Assembly: GCF_001194135.2 (NCBI RefSeq) | Contig: NC_069005.1 | Coordinates: 30,135,305 to 30,169,735, forward strand | Reading direction: 5' to 3' | Length of the DNA: 34,431 nucleotides | Origin: Octopus bimaculoides | Taxonomy: Eukaryota | Made by a program: the position numbers and the translations under genes | Part shown: piece by piece, positions 32,367 to 34,431 of the stretch | How positions within the stretch are numbered: the first letter of the stretch is position 1 | Layout of the letters: the number at the start of each line of letters is the position of its first letter | The notes under the pieces: model-generated | Databases searched by the model: none | Told to the model about the DNA's origin: nothing | Seen by the model: the letters and a program-made list of their open reading frames with translations, nothing else

Positions 32367-32580
32367 CTGGAATTTGAACTCTGAATGTAGCGATGGGTGA
32401 AATACCGCTAAGCATTTCATCCAATGTGCTAACGATTCTGCCAGCTCGACGCCTTTAATAATAATGACGAAAGGAAAAGTTGATCTTGCTGGAATTTGAA
32501 CACAGAACAATAGCAGCAGATGAAATAACACTAAGTATTTCGCCTGGCATGCTAACGAGTCTACCAGCTCGTTGCTTTGA
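32367..32580 (-). mobile_element. Two truncated family-A SINE heads
   Basis: GAATTTGAACTC ... GCTAAGCATTTC ... TGCTAACGATTCTGCCAGCTCG occurs twice. Confidence 0.7.
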
Positions 32581-32753
32581 TAACAATAATAATAAGAAGA
32601 AGAATGATAATGATTTCTTTTATTTACCACAAGGTGAATAAAAGTGGATGTTGAATAATAATAATGATACAAACATGGTTTAATCATCAGAGATCTGCTG
32701 ATTAAGAGCTAATTAAAAAAAAAAAAATACAATAGAAGCAACGAAAATTTTAC

Positions 32754-32876
32754 CTTATATAGACTGTCATCACATGACCTCCACCAATTCCACAACTCTG
32801 GAAATTAATTAAACCAACACATAAGATGGTGGCAATGGCAGCATCAACAGCAGTTCCATTTTGTCTGAGAATATCT
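32754..32876 (-). CDS. GGT1-like: GGT coding exon 2
   Basis: TTTCCAG acceptor, GTAAAA donor, 123 nt. (V)DILRQNGTAVDAAIATILCVGLINFQSCGIGGGHVMTVYI(R) matches the GGT G.AVDAAIA..LC.G......GIGGG motif. In frame with exons 1 and 3. Not in the ORF track. Confidence 0.95.
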
Positions 32877-33041
32877 CTGGAAATCAGGAATTACAAGAAA
32901 TGGAGATCAAATGGTTAAAATATGTTCATGTGAAGCTGAATGCAAATGAGGGACAGGCTACAATTATAACTGCAAGAATATCTATGAATATATATGTGTT
33001 CAAAAAAAGTAGGCCTCTGAGCAGGTATCACCAAGCATTTG

Positions 33042-33073
<32 letters not shown>

Positions 33074-34118
33074 GATATAGATTCAAGGCTTGAATATGGT
33101 ACTTATGCATAGGTACCCGAATATCGCATCCCAAAAGGATAGGTGATTAAAATCAAAAAATAAGCAACACGGATTTCAAAGGTGATTGCAGTACGCACGT
33201 TTCATGCTACTTCAATTTATTTAAGTAATGTGAGCATTACCTTAAATGCAATATGAAGAGCAATCTTCAGCTGCACGAAAATGCAGAAAAAATTACTGTA
33301 GAAAAGACATTATAAATGTGGCAACATTTCAAATCCAAGTGGGAGAGAGAATACATAAAAATCCAAATGTGAGGAAGAATACATCAGTCCATCTTGACAT
33401 AGCCGAGNNNNNNNNNNTATATATATACAAGATAGTATGTATATACAAAAATTGTTCACCAATCAAAGTGATATAATAGGTATGTACTATTGGTGCTCAG
33501 TTTAGTTTACTATAAAACTCTGGTTTGAACTGCAACTGAAGAAAAGTGGTGCTAAAAATACCTATCAAAGGAGGCAAGAAGTGGTTTATCATTGAATGGG
33601 TAGATATATATCAAAACAGATAATGAATATGCAAAACATTGGCATCATTCTATAGCATTTAATTTATAATATGAACATAGTAAATACGTATCTATTATAA
33701 CTATGTTCATGTTATAAATTAAATGTTCTAGAATGATGCCTCATGTTTTGTTTGTTCCTTATCTGTTTTAATGTATGTATGTATATGAATATATAAAGAA
33801 CATTATTATTCATGAGATAATGATGTTAGTGGCCACACACGTAAAACTGTATAGGCAAAATTAATAGATATATATAAAAATATGTATAAAATCAGGGCAC
33901 TAAGAAGCACTTGCTGAGCTAAAAATAGGAGTCATAAACACCCAGAAGCTACGAGAACTGACACTAGTGTGTATATATATATATACATGGAATTTACATG
34001 GGTTGTACTATATAAGCAAAGAGAGGGATGTTAGTTAAAGATAGATGGAGACATAGAAAAAAAAGTGGGAGAGAGGAAGAGAACGAGAGATAAATAATGA
34101 GAGGGAATCTTCACTTAC

Positions 34119-34324
34119 ACCCCGATTTCTGCACAGTTTGAATGTGCATCGGAAGCAATGGCTGTATCTATGAATGTTCCAGTAAGATCGGGACACGGGT
34201 CTGTTGGGGTTTCATCTCCATTTGCATTCTTTAATCCAAAGTAGACAGTGACAGCAACAACAGCTGCCAACACCAAAACGCCCACCAATACGAGGGTTGG
34301 AATAACATATTTCTTGGACAGCAT
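34119..34324 (-). CDS. GGT1-like: GGT-family gamma-glutamyltranspeptidase, coding exon 1 (type II signal anchor and stalk)
   Basis: Acceptor TTTTACAG at 34326-34333, then A-ATG. Translates MLSKKYVIPTLVLVGVLVLAAVVAVTVYFGLKNANGDETPTDPCPDLTGTFIDTAIASDAHSNCAEIG-V: hydrophobic anchor plus the GGT AIASD...C..IG motif. GTAAGT donor at 34118. 206 nt, ends phase 2. Confidence 0.93.
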
Positions 34325-34387
34325 TCTGTAAAAGAGAAACAGGATAGCATTTAGAAATTTCAGCATAAACACTTATACACACACATA

Positions 34388-34431
<44 letters not shown>

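Noticed and set aside
33246-33407. Peptide CRKNY...NPNVRKNTSVHLDI faintly like a PLE GIY-YIG region
   Set aside because: The GIY/YIG residues are not present and the sequence is cut by a gap. The similarity is too weak to call.
23667-34324. GGT as a pseudogene because exons 3 and 5 are out of phase
   Set aside because: All ten visible exons are stop-free with canonical splice sites and intact catalytic motifs, and the discontinuity coincides with a 656-N gap.
34325-34372. N-terminal extension MFMLKFLNAILFLFYR in the ORF track
   Set aside because: It reads through a polypyrimidine tract and AG acceptor, so it is intronic. MLSKK is the likelier start.

Overview
Eukaryotic, very AT-rich, microsatellite-dense genomic DNA with six assembly gaps (3611-3678, 10576-11365, 12286-12862, 15988-15997, 30846-31501, 33408-33417). 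The repeat content (tRNA-headed SINEs, MITEs, (TA)/(CA)/(ATT) arrays) suggests an octopus-type cephalopod; this is inference. The only recognisable gene is a minus-strand membrane-anchored gamma-glutamyltranspeptidase (GGT1-like, glutathione hydrolase) at 23667-34325. Ten coding exons can be joined in frame by hand through GT-AG introns. One further exon (the VAVPGE-containing one) is not visible and probably lies in the 30846-31501 gap. Catalytic Thr and the main substrate-binding motifs are intact. The left ~23 kb has no identifiable gene: it holds SINE clusters, MITEs (mariner-, hAT-, piggyBac-like), and relics of R4/Dong-, RTE- and Penelope-like retroelements. Almost all ORFs in the track are microsatellite or gap artefacts. 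I found no clearly new biological system. The most interesting leads are structural: a 162-bp direct repeat bracketing an in-frame exon, an inverted SINE pair bracketing a phase-symmetric exon block, a near-perfect 139-bp intronic hairpin, and a fused exon relative to human GGT1.
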